Shown one piece after another: positions 54,231 through 64,000 of a stretch of DNA of 64,000 nucleotides; positions within the stretch are counted from its first letter, which is position 1, and every line of letters begins with the position of its first letter. This stretch comes from Candidatus Latescibacterota bacterium (GTDB taxonomy: Bacteria > Latescibacterota > UBA2968 > GCA-2709665), in assembly GCA_965248435.1 (NCBI GenBank), contig OZ252100.1, positions 1,888,001-1,952,000 on the forward strand, read 5' to 3'. The position numbers and the translations under genes are program-made. The notes under the pieces are model-generated. The model ran no database searches. It saw only the letters and a program-made list of their open reading frames with translations, and was not told the DNA's origin.

Positions 54231-56297
54231 TTGGAAACTCAGGACTCAATATTGGACCTCAGGGAGAATCTTTCATCCTGGTGCCTCTATGCAGTCCTCC
54301 TGGGCATACTCACCTTCGCCGCATTCGGCAATCTATCCACCCATCTGTTTCATACCCACGACCAGGAATATCTGCAGGACGCCGCTGTTTCTCAGGGAGA
54401 CTTCTGGTTCTTCGTTTCGCCAGAGAGGATCTATCCAGGGAGGCCTACCTTCAACCTCTATCTCTGGGCCGCTTACAAATTCTTCAAGGAAGACCCCGCC
54501 GGTTATCACCAGCTTCAAGTCTGGCTCCACTTTCTGGCCAGCCTGCTCGTCGCCTTTACTTTCAGAAGGCTAGGGGCAACTTTCGAGCTGAGCCTTATCG
54601 GTGGTCTCCTATTTCTGATGAATGTGGCCCACTTCGACCCCGTGCACTGGATTTCAGCAACCCATTACATCTTGGCACTCATCTTCGGGTTAGTCGCAGT
54701 GCTGCTATACTCCCGGTGCCTGGAAACAAGCCGCTACCGTTGGTCCTTTGCCGCAGCCTCAGCACTGGCAGTGGCCATATTCGCGCATGCCTCCACATCG
54801 GCAGTAACCTTGTTCTTCCTGATTTTGACTTTGTACAAGAAACAGCCGCGATTGAAAGCGATCTATATGCTGCTTCCCCAATTCACTGTCGCAGGGCTAT
54901 GCGGTATGGTCCTCATCCTTGTCTATCCCAAAGAACCCCAGATGAGTGTAGTTCTCAATGTCTCTCAACCTGTGGATGTCATTCGTAACCTGTTCTGGTT
55001 TTCTGGAAGGCTAGTCACAACCGCTCATTGGCTTCCGGAATCTTTGGATCTGGCGGAATACACGGCCTGGGAACTCGCAATCGGATTCATTCTCCTGTCT
55101 CTGTCTATTTTCCTTTCAATGCGTAACCGCGGTTTACTATTGCTTTGGACGGCATGGTTGATCGCATTGACTTTGCCATTCATAAGTATAGAGATAAGGC
55201 CAAATTTAACTGGACCATCCAGATATATCTATCTCTCTTCTCTGGGTTCTTCATTCATTCTTGGCTGGATAGTTCACACGCTTGTATGTTGGGTAGGGAA
55301 GCGATGGATCAACCTCACGCGACCCCTCTTTCTAGGCTGTCTAGGAGTATTGGTAGGGACAAGTTTGCTGGGACTACGAAGAGCCGAAGCCATTTCACTA
55401 GAAATTTCGGCCGGAACCTATATATATAAAAGAAAGCAAATTGAAGTAGGCCTTCAGCTGCTGAAGCGTGCAATCGCTCGAAATCCACGCGTCTTGCCTG
55501 CTGATGCATATTTTACACTCGCAGCGAATAGCTTTTTCATTGGAAAATCCACTGAGCCAATCCTGCAAAAGGCTCTCCGAGAAGATCCTGCATCTCCGGA
55601 ACTCAACATGCTTCTTGGAGTCTCCGCCTTCCTTCACGATGATCCTCAGATTCGCCTAGCCGGAGATAAGAGAGTTGAGGAAGCGCTAAACGCATCTGAT
55701 CAGGACATATTGCTTATTACTAAAACTGGGGTCGCCTATAACAATCTGGGAGGATTCTTTTATGGTACAGGAGATATGGCCACCGCGGCAAAACTGTTTA
55801 TGCGAGCTATTCAGCATGATCCAGGGCATATTTCCTCCACATTGAACCTGGGGAGGGCACTTTACAAAAGTGGCGAAAAGCAGAAGGCGGCTACGATCTT
55901 CAAGCGTCTTTTGGAGCTTCCGCTATCTGACGACTTCATCATACAATGGATGGGAAGGGTAAGCGACATTTTGGCCGAGCAGGACTACGGACAGGAAGCG
56001 ATCGATTCCTACAAGAAAGTTATCTCAGTTAATCCACAGGACACGCTCTCTCACTATAATCTAGCCATTACGTTAGAAAAAGTAGACAGATTGGAGGAGG
56101 CTGTTGAGACTTACGAGACATACTTACAGTTTCAACCCAAGGATTTGAACGCCCTTCTTGGCCTTGCTCGTTCCTACGCTGAAATAGGTCGGAGCGAAAA
56201 AGCGATCGAAGAGTATCGGCGAACTCTGTCTATCAGTCCAGACAACCAGGAAGCCAGATCCAGACTCGAGGCGTTACTGGAGCGCAAACGACAATGA
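54231..56297 (+). CDS. TMTC-like protein (multi-TM GT-C-like domain plus C-terminal TPRs), array copy 1
   Basis: HTHDQEYL, YPGRP, PAGYH.LQ..LH, AHF..VHWIS and SRYIYLSS parallel the TMTC DD / YRP / GYH..N..LH / H.EAV / ERxLYxPS motifs; TPR repeats follow. Confidence 0.75.
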   Translation: METQDSILDLRENLSSWCLYAVLLGILTFAAFGNLSTHLFHTHDQEYLQDAAVSQGDFWFFVSPERIYPGRPTFNLYLWAAYKFFKEDPAGYHQLQVWLHFLASLLVAFTFRRLGATFELSLIGGLLFLMNVAHFDPVHWISATHYILALIFGLVAVLLYSRCLETSRYRWSFAAASALAVAIFAHASTSAVTLFFLILTLYKKQPRLKAIYMLLPQFTVAGLCGMVLILVYPKEPQMSVVLNVSQPVDVIRNLFWFSGRLVTTAHWLPESLDLAEYTAWELAIGFILLSLSIFLSMRNRGLLLLWTAWLIALTLPFISIEIRPNLTGPSRYIYLSSLGSSFILGWIVHTLVCWVGKRWINLTRPLFLGCLGVLVGTSLLGLRRAEAISLEISAGTYIYKRKQIEVGLQLLKRAIARNPRVLPADAYFTLAANSFFIGKSTEPILQKALREDPASPELNMLLGVSAFLHDDPQIRLAGDKRVEEALNASDQDILLITKTGVAYNNLGGFFYGTGDMATAAKLFMRAIQHDPGHISSTLNLGRALYKSGEKQKAATIFKRLLELPLSDDFIIQWMGRVSDILAEQDYGQEAIDSYKKVISVNPQDTLSHYNLAITLEKVDRLEEAVETYETYLQFQPKDLNALLGLARSYAEIGRSEKAIEEYRRTLSISPDNQEARSRLEALLERKRQ
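54275..54610 (+). repeat. Near-identical segment shared by array copies 1 and 3 (second copy about 58442-58777)
   Basis: Long identical runs, e.g. TTCGGCAATCTATCCACCCATCTGTTTCATACCCACGACCAGG..., at a constant offset of 4167 bp. Confidence 0.9.
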
Positions 56298-56304
56298 TAT
56301 GTAG

Positions 56305-58368
56305 GTGGAGAACGTGACGATCCAAGGCTCAATACTCGGCCTCCGAGAGAATATTTCAACTTGGTGTATCTATTCACTCCTGATGGGGCTGCTCACCTTT
56401 GCTGCATTCGGAAATCTCTCTACCCATCTGTTTTCAACGCACGACCAGGAATTTCTGCGGGACGCTGCTGCTTCGCAGGGGCCCTTTTCCTTTATTGTTT
56501 CGCCAGAAAGGAGCTATCCACACCTGTATCTCTGGGCCGCCTACAAACTCTTTAGGCAAGATCCCGCCGGTTACCATCACCTTCAGGTCTGGCTCCACTT
56601 TCTGGCCAGCCTGCTCGTTGCGCTTACTTTCAGGAGACTTGGCGCAACCTTTGAGCTGAGCCTCGTCGGCGGCCTCCTGTTTCTGATGAATGTGGCCCAC
56701 TTCGACGCCGTTCACTGGATATCTGCAACGCATTACATCTTTGCACTCATCTTCGGGTTAGTCGCGGTGCTGCTATACTTCCGGTGCCTGGAAACAAGCC
56801 ACTACCGCTGGTCCTTTGCCGCAGCCTCGGCCCTGGCAGTGGCCATGTTCGCGCATGCCTCCACAGGGGCTGTCACATTATTCTTTCTGATTTTGAGTTT
56901 GCAGAAGAAGCTGCCGCGATTGAAGGCGATCTATATGCTACTTCCCCAATTCGCTGTAGCAGGGCTATGCGGTGTGGTACTAAACCTTGTCTTTGCCAAA
57001 GAACACCAGATGAGTACAGTTCCCATTGTCTCTCAACCTGTGGATGTCATTCGTAACCTGTTCTGGTTCTCTGGAAGGCTGGTCACAACCGCTCATTGGT
57101 TTCCGGAGTTCTTGGCTCTGGCCGAACACACCAACTGGGAACTCGCAATCGGATTCATCTTCCTGGCTCTGTCTATTTTTCTTTCTATACGTAATCGGGG
57201 TTCGTTATTGCTTTGGACGGTCTGGTTGATCTCATTGACGTTGCCATTCATGAAACTAGGGGCAATGCCACATATTACTGGGCCATCCAGATATGTCTAT
57301 CTCTCTTCCCTTGGTTCTTCATTCATTCTCGCATGGACAGTTCATACGTTTGTCGGTTGGGTGGGGAAGCGGCAGCACGACCTCGCGAGACCCCTTTTAC
57401 TAGGCTGTGTAGGAATACTGCTGGTGTTTAGTCTACTGGGGTTACAAAGAACCGAAGCCATCTCACTACATCTTTCGTCTGGAATCTATATATACAAAAA
57501 AAACCAGCCTGAAATAGGCCTGCAACTTTCGAGGCGTGCAATCGCTCGTAATCCACGTGTTTTGCCTGCTGATGCATATTTTAGACTCGCAACGGGTAGC
57601 TTTGCCACCGGAAAATCCATTGAGCGCATCCTCAGAAAGGCTCTCGAAGAAGACCCTGCGTCTCCGGATCTCAACATGCTTCTGGGCGTTTCTGCCTTCC
57701 TGTCTAAGGATCCTCAGGTTCGACACGCGGGTGAAAAAAGGGTCGAGGAGGCACTAAATGCCTCTAGGGATAGCAAGTCCCTCCGTTTGAATACTGCAGT
57801 AGCATTCAACAATCTTGCAGCATTCTATCTTAACGCAAAAGACTATCACCGTGGGATAGAAATCTACAAGAAAGCCCTGAGCTATGACCCTACAAGCCCG
57901 AAGGCGCTCTTCAACCTAGGGAATGCTTTTTACCACATTGGTGAACCACAAAAAGCGATCGAAATCCTTAAGAATCTCCTAAAAGCTCAGCCTCCAGACG
58001 GCATCGCCTGGATGTCAGCGAGAAACCTGAGCACCATTCTAGTTGAGCAGGGATTGGACGAGGAAGCGATTCCTTTCTACACGCGGGCCATCGATGCAAA
58101 TCCTCAAGACAGTCTTTCTCATCATTCCCTCGCAATCGCACTAAAACAAACGGGTAGATTCGAGGAGGCTGTTCAGGCCTACAAAACCTACTTGATGTTT
58201 CAACCCGACAACTGGCAAGCTCGATTGAGTCTAGCTCAGGCCTACGAGAACCTCGGAAGGATTGAGGAGGCTATCGCTGAATATCGAGATGCGCTTACCC
58301 TAGGGCCCGACAATGGTGAAGCCAGAGCAAATTTAGAAACCCTCCTAGAGTTTAAAAACGCCAAGTAG
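56305..58368 (+). CDS. TMTC-like GT-C/TPR protein, array copy 2 (5-aa deletion of GRPTF)
   Basis: Paralog of copy 1; ERSYP-----HLYLW versus ERIYPGRPTFNLYLW. Confidence 0.75.
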   Translation: MENVTIQGSILGLRENISTWCIYSLLMGLLTFAAFGNLSTHLFSTHDQEFLRDAAASQGPFSFIVSPERSYPHLYLWAAYKLFRQDPAGYHHLQVWLHFLASLLVALTFRRLGATFELSLVGGLLFLMNVAHFDAVHWISATHYIFALIFGLVAVLLYFRCLETSHYRWSFAAASALAVAMFAHASTGAVTLFFLILSLQKKLPRLKAIYMLLPQFAVAGLCGVVLNLVFAKEHQMSTVPIVSQPVDVIRNLFWFSGRLVTTAHWFPEFLALAEHTNWELAIGFIFLALSIFLSIRNRGSLLLWTVWLISLTLPFMKLGAMPHITGPSRYVYLSSLGSSFILAWTVHTFVGWVGKRQHDLARPLLLGCVGILLVFSLLGLQRTEAISLHLSSGIYIYKKNQPEIGLQLSRRAIARNPRVLPADAYFRLATGSFATGKSIERILRKALEEDPASPDLNMLLGVSAFLSKDPQVRHAGEKRVEEALNASRDSKSLRLNTAVAFNNLAAFYLNAKDYHRGIEIYKKALSYDPTSPKALFNLGNAFYHIGEPQKAIEILKNLLKAQPPDGIAWMSARNLSTILVEQGLDEEAIPFYTRAIDANPQDSLSHHSLAIALKQTGRFEEAVQAYKTYLMFQPDNWQARLSLAQAYENLGRIEEAIAEYRDALTLGPDNGEARANLETLLEFKNAK

Positions 58369-58397
58369 AAATGAATCTTCCCTAGGTCCAAGAGAAC

Positions 58398-60446
58398 GTG
58401 ATTTCCCAACACGACGTGTTTGCGATCCGCGAGACTGCTTTATCCTGGTGCCTCTATGTGGTCCTCCTGGGCATACTCACCTTCGCCACGTTCGGCAATC
58501 TATCCACCCATCTGTTTCATACCCACGACCAGGAATATCTGCAGGACGCCGCTGTTTCTCAGGGAGACTTCTGGTTCGTCGTTTCGCCAGAGAGGATCTA
58601 TCCAGGGAGGCCTACCTTCAACCTCTATCTCTGGGCCGCTTACAAATTCTTCAAGGAAGACCCCGCCGGTTATCATCACCTTCAAGTCTGGCTCCACTTT
58701 CTGGCCAGCCTGCTCGTCGCCTTTACTTTCAGGAGACTTGGTGCGAATTTCGAGCTGAGCCTTATCGGTGGTCTCCTCTTTCTAATGAACGTGGCGCACT
58801 TCCGCGCGGTTCACTGGATATCTGCGACGAGCTACGTCCTGGCACTCATCCTCGGCCTCGGGACGGTCCTGCTCTTCTTCCGCCGATTGGAGACGGGTCG
58901 CCGTGAGTGGACGCCGGCTGCCGCGCTCGTGTTGGCGGCCGCAATATGCGCCCACCCCTCGGCTGCGATTGTTGCCCTGCTGTGCCTGTTTCTGGCTCTA
59001 CAAAGAAGGCTGGCGATATGGCGTGCTGCCTATGCGTGCCTTCCTCTCTTCGCCGCCACGTTCATTTCCGGAGTTGTGCTGACGGTCGTCTATTCGGGCG
59101 CCCCTCAGGTCGAGGCGACCCTCCGAGCCCCTGAACTCCTGGCTGTCATCCGCAACCTGCTCTGGATGGGAGGAAGGCTCTTCACGAACGCTTTTTGGCT
59201 CCCCGAATTCGTTCTCCTCGAAGAGTACACCTATTGGGAACTGGCAGCAGGTTTTCTTGTTCTATCTGGTTCTCTATTCCTGGCTGTCCGTAATGGCTCC
59301 TCGCTCTTGTTTTGGACAGTCTGGTCAGTTGCGTTTATTCTGCCATTCATCACATCTCAAATCCTCGGCAACGCGTCTGGACCATCTCGATATCTTTATC
59401 TCTCGTCCGTAGGCGCCTGCTTCATTTTCGCCTGGGCAATTCAGACGCTGACAATTCGTGCAAAGAGGAGAAGCAAGAACGCGTCACGGGTGCTTCTCGC
59501 AGGCATTGTGTCAATCATACTGGTTTCCAGTTTCTTTGGACTGGGTAAAACCGAGGCTGTCTCTCTTTATCATTCCGGAAGGACCTATTTTGCCCGAGAA
59601 GACAAGCAGCTTGCGTTAACGCAGTTTGAAAGGGCGATTACACAAGCTCCTGCCGTTTTACCATCTGACGCATACACACGCCTGGCGCACACCGCCTTTA
59701 CTCTGGGAAAATCTGTCGAGCCTATTCTTCGGACTGCCCTGGCAAGAGACCCTGAATCTCGCGAGCTCAATATGCTTCTAGGTGTCTCCGCCTACCTTAG
59801 CGACGACCCTCAGAATCGTGAGGCCGGTGACAAAAGGGTTCAGGAAGCGCTACAGTCCTCACAGGATCACGAGCTTGGCCACGATACGGCGGTGGCATTT
59901 AGTAATCTGGCGGCGTTTTATGTAGAGACGACAGATTATCAAACAGCAATCCATCTATGTAACAGGGCTTTGGATTATCGCTCCCATCATCCTCCGGCTC
60001 TTCTTAATTTGGGGAGTGCGCTATACCAAATTGAGGAAACGGACAAAGCCCTGAAGATCTTCCAAATGCTACTGAGGGTTCAACCTGACAACTGGAAAGC
60101 CACGGTGGGCTTGGCTCGGTCATATCAGAGGCTGGGCAAAGTCGACGAAGCGGTCATCGCATTCCGACGTGTTCTATCTCTGAATCCGAGTTTTCCGGAG
60201 GCCCATTTTGACCTGGGTGCTCACCACTTTAATCGCGGAGAATTTAGCGAAGCAGCCGAAAACTTTCGGGAAACTCTACAGCTCTCGCCTGATTTTTTGC
60301 CTGCCCGTCTGGCCCTGGCTCGGTCTTACGCCAGGATAGGCCAATATCACCTGGCCATTCAGGAGTATCGACACGCGCTGTCTCTCCATCCTGACAACGA
60401 CGAAGCCAGGTCACGTCTCAAGAGCTTGCTGGAGCTCAAACGCTAA
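58398..60446 (+). CDS. TMTC-like GT-C/TPR protein, array copy 3
   Basis: Same motifs and TPR tail; 5' part nearly identical to copy 1 at the DNA level. Confidence 0.75.
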   Translation: MISQHDVFAIRETALSWCLYVVLLGILTFATFGNLSTHLFHTHDQEYLQDAAVSQGDFWFVVSPERIYPGRPTFNLYLWAAYKFFKEDPAGYHHLQVWLHFLASLLVAFTFRRLGANFELSLIGGLLFLMNVAHFRAVHWISATSYVLALILGLGTVLLFFRRLETGRREWTPAAALVLAAAICAHPSAAIVALLCLFLALQRRLAIWRAAYACLPLFAATFISGVVLTVVYSGAPQVEATLRAPELLAVIRNLLWMGGRLFTNAFWLPEFVLLEEYTYWELAAGFLVLSGSLFLAVRNGSSLLFWTVWSVAFILPFITSQILGNASGPSRYLYLSSVGACFIFAWAIQTLTIRAKRRSKNASRVLLAGIVSIILVSSFFGLGKTEAVSLYHSGRTYFAREDKQLALTQFERAITQAPAVLPSDAYTRLAHTAFTLGKSVEPILRTALARDPESRELNMLLGVSAYLSDDPQNREAGDKRVQEALQSSQDHELGHDTAVAFSNLAAFYVETTDYQTAIHLCNRALDYRSHHPPALLNLGSALYQIEETDKALKIFQMLLRVQPDNWKATVGLARSYQRLGKVDEAVIAFRRVLSLNPSFPEAHFDLGAHHFNRGEFSEAAENFRETLQLSPDFLPARLALARSYARIGQYHLAIQEYRHALSLHPDNDEARSRLKSLLELKR

Positions 60447-60523
60447 GTGAATTGCGTTGAGTCTACCCGAAACGATTCTGCGTATTTTGATCCTCAAACC
60501 GTTGTCGTGAGATCCTATGGAAT

Positions 60524-62988
60524 ATGACCAACCAAGGCTCAATACTCGGCCTCCGAGAGAATGTTTCATCCTGGTGCCTCTATGCAGTCCTCATGGGGCT
60601 GCTCACCTATGCCTCTTTCGGAGACCTCTCCACGCACCTGCTGTTCAGCCACGACGCTGAATATCTGCAGGACGCTGCAGTTTCTCAGGATGACTTTTCC
60701 TTCGTCGTCTCACCGGAGAGGATCTATCCGGGCAGGCCCACCTTCAACCTCTACCTTTGGGCCGCTTACAGGCTCTTCGAGAACGTCCCCGCCGGCTACC
60801 ATCTGCTCCAGGCCTGGATCCACGCCATCGCGAGTCTGCTCGCCGCTTTTACGTTCAGGAGACTAGGCGCAAGCCTCGAGATCTGCCTGGCTGCAGGCCT
60901 CCTGTTCTTGATGAACGTGGCCCACTTCAGAGCCATTCACTGGATATCGTGCTCGAGTTACATCCTGGCCCTCATTCTGGGTCTTTGCGCTGTCCTGCTC
61001 TTTTGGGAAGGGCTGGAGAGGGGTCGTCGCGGCTGGATCCTAGGGTCCAGTCTTCTGCTGGCGGCAGCCGTCTTCGCCCACGCCTCGACGGTTGCGATCC
61101 CACTGTTCTGCTTCTTTCTGGCGGTGCGCAGAACGTCGTCGATTCAGAAAGCAATCTACATCGCCCTTCCCCAACTGGCCACCGTGGCGGTGTGCAGCAT
61201 TGTGGTCTTGGCCGCATACCCAAACACGTTTCAGGCCGCAGCCATCGTAAGAGCGCCTCAGCCTTTCGACATGGTCCGCAACCTGATCTGGTTCTGGAGC
61301 AGGCTTGCTTCGACCGCCCATTGGCTCCCCGGCTTCCTGGACCTGGAAGGCGTGACCCATTGGGAACTGGGCGCTGGATTTCTGTTCTTGATCGGTTCTC
61401 TCTATCTGTCAGTGCGCAGAGGCCCAGACCCTTGCCTCTTGACCTGGACGGTCTGGTCGATCCTGTTTTGTCTTCCATTCATAAATTCTGCGAGTCTGAC
61501 GGGAAACATACCCGGGCCATCACGGTATCTCTATTTCGCGTCCCTGGGTACTTCCTTCATTCTGGCCTGGATCCTTCATGCAATCGTGTTTCGATTGCTG
61601 AATCTTTCTCGAGCGGGAGAACGTGCTGCTTTCCTAGGCGTCCTGAGTCTGATCGTCGTTCTCAGTCATTTCGGTCTCGCAAGGGCAGAGGCAATTTCCC
61701 TTTACCACGCAGGCCGAAGATATATTGCCCGGGGAGACCATGCCCCAGGCGTCAACCAGCTGAAGGCGGCGATTGCTCGAAGCACGAATATACTACCCAT
61801 CGACGTCTATAGTCGGCTTGCAATGAGTTCATTCGTCCTGGGCAAATCTTCTGAATCGATACTTCGCAGTGCTTTATTGAAGCATCCCGATTTACACGAA
61901 CTCAACATGCTCCTGGGAATGTCCGAGTTGTTGCACAGCGACCCTCAAGTTCGAGAGGCCGGTGAAAGGCAAGTTCGAGACGCGGTAGAAAGCTCTGTCG
62001 ATAAGGAATTGCTTCGCTGGTACGCCGCTATCGCCTACAACAATCTTGCGACATTCTACTCCGGATCAGGCCATAAACGGACTGCGATAGAACTCTACTT
62101 CAACGCCATTAGGTCTTATCCAGACTATCCGACTGCAATTTGTAACCTGGGAAGGGTTCTCTACGACAGCGGCGACAGAAAAAGGGCCGCAGACGTCGTC
62201 CATTCTCTATTGCAGCTGCAGTTGCCTGATGGATTCATAATGCGACGTGGCTCGGAGACTTCATGTCCTCGGAAGGTCGAAAAGAAGATGCAGCAGCATT
62301 CTACAAACTGTCCGCCAGCGTGAGCCCCGAAGATGGCTCGGCACATCATACCCTGGCGATCACGCTGGCCGAACTGGAAAGATTCGAAGAGGCGATTGAA
62401 GCCTACCATTCATGTCTGAGGTATCAACCCGACAACCTTAAAGCCCGTCTTGGCCTGGCGGCGTCCTACGAGAGGCTCAACAGGATTGGCGAGTTGATTG
62501 CGACCTACCGACACGCTGCATCGCTGAAACAGGACAGTTCATCCTTTCATAATCTGGCTATCACGTTAAAGCAGTCTGGCAGATTGAAGGAGGCTATCCA
62601 AGCCTACAACGCATACTTAAAGTTCCAACCCGACAACTGGAGGGCCCAACTCAGCCTGGCTCAGGCCCATGAAAGTCTGGATGAGATCGATGAAGCTATT
62701 TTGGCATATCAAAAGGGTTTGTCACTGAATCCCCATTTTGTGGAGGCTCACTTCAATCTAGGGGTGCACTACTTCAAACGCGGGGAATTCGACGAAGCTG
62801 CCGAAAGCTTTAGCCAGGCTGTCCGGCTCTCCCCCGACTTCTTGAATGCTCGCATTGGTCTCGCGCAGTCTTTCGAAAAAATGGGTCAACGTGAAGAAGC
62901 AGTTCGAGAGTATCGAAACGCACTCTTGCTCAATCCGAACGATCGTAAACTGATGGCCAGTCTTCAGGCCCTTTTGGCACACGAATAG
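60524..62988 (+). pseudogene. TMTC-like GT-C/TPR protein, array copy 4, frameshifted near 62245
   Basis: ORF 60524-62323 matches the paralogs up to LQLPDGFIMR; homology continues in another frame (WLGDFMSSEGRKEDAAAFYK..., ORF 62263-62988, all TPR). Confidence 0.75.
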
Positions 62989-62993
62989 CGTGG

Positions 62994-64000
62994 ATGATAC
63001 AAAATAGTTCTGGCAAAGCTCCTATACTCGCGATACGCGAGAATATTTTGACCTGGTTCCTGTATGCACTGCTCATGGCGGGACTGACTTTTGTAGCCTT
63101 CGGGAACCTCTCCACACATTTGTTGCACGACAATGATCCGGAGTACCTGGAAGATGCCGCCGTTTCCCAGCGAGACTTTTCCTTTGTTACTTCCCCAGGA
63201 TCTATCCAGGCAGGCCGACCTTTAATCTTTATCTTTGGGTCGCATACAATCTGTTCGGGGACGATCCTGCCGGGTATCATAACCTTCAAGTCTGTCTACA
63301 CCTGGCCGTCAGTCTGCTCCTCGCGTTTACATTCAGGAGGCTCGGATCGAACTTTGAGTTGAGTCTCATTGGGGGCCTCCTCTTCCTGTTGAATGTGGCC
63401 CATTTTCGGGCCGTTCACTGGATCTCCTGTACGAGTTACCTGCTTGCGCTTTTTCTGGGGCTAACGGCGCTTCTTCTCTATTCCCACGGTCTGAGGACGA
63501 GAAACTCCCGCTGGTCCTACGCGGCGGCCGCAGTCCTGGCGGTCGCCATCTTTGCTCACGCCTCAACGGTGGCGATCACGTTGCCCTTGCTGATTTTGAC
63601 TCTGACGGCAAAGCTTCCAAAACTTAAAGTTATCCACATGCTGATTCCCCAATTCGCCATCGCGGGAATCTGTGGAATCCTACTCATCTCTGTCTATCCA
63701 AAAGCGCCCCAGCTCGTAATGGCTTCCAGGGCCTCTCAGCCTGTGGATCTCGTGCTCAATCTGTTCTGGTTCTGGGGAAGACTGATTACGACCGCTCACT
63801 GGCTTCCAGAGTTCCTGGATCTGGCAGAAACCACCGTTTGGGAACGTACGGCGGGATTCTTTTTCTTCGGTCTATCCGCTTTTCTTTCGGTGAGACGCGG
63901 GTTGTCCGTACTTTGGACGGTCTGGCTGATCGCATTTTCGCTTCCGTTTGTTGGCTCAGATTTGTGGCCGAATGTCCCTGGACCGTCTCGATACCTCTAT
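62994..64000 (+). pseudogene. TMTC-like GT-C/TPR protein, array copy 5, frameshifted near 63197 and truncated by the window end
   Basis: CCA GG ATC TAT CCA versus CCA GAG AGG ATC TAT CCA in copies 1 and 3 (4-nt loss). The shifted frame reads IYPGRPTFNLYLWVAY...GPSRYLY and stays open to 64000. Confidence 0.75.

Overview
A 64 kb stretch of bacterial chromosome. A PorU-like C25 protein with a T9SS-type C-terminal domain and an EF-hand/dockerin-like exported protein point to the FCB superphylum, perhaps Latescibacterota (inference). From left to right it holds: (1) a minus-strand yggS-yggT-divIVA-DUF167-mtnP-NUDIX-ileS cluster, where IleRS has a non-canonical GVHH/PMHKS signature; (2) a 1927-aa gingipain/PorU-like C25 protease next to a ~15 kb surface-glycan locus (epimerase, two GT4s, tandem FGE-fold protein, Asn-synthase-like ligase lacking Cys1, Wzx, Wzy/WaaL, WecA-methyltransferase fusion, DegT aminotransferase, metallophosphatase-GT2 fusion); (3) housekeeping and repair genes (Tat-exported SOD, aroK, nfo, class III aminotransferase, fpg); (4) SPOR-mltD-mreD-mrdA-rodA without mreBC, then dnaE, aroA and a hybrid kinase; (5) a peptidoglycan-recycling operon whose Mur ligase is split by an in-frame TAG; (6) a DUF5610/YjfB-like operon behind a sigma28-type promoter; (7) a fused glyQS with a possible minimal T-box leader; (8) a tandem array of at least five paralogous TMTC-like (GT-C membrane domain plus TPR) genes that are mosaic and partly frameshifted, running off the window end. 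The array and the PorU-plus-glycan locus are the best candidates for an undescribed system. I saw no rRNA, tRNA, CRISPR array or transposase. All family calls come from motif recognition, not database searches.
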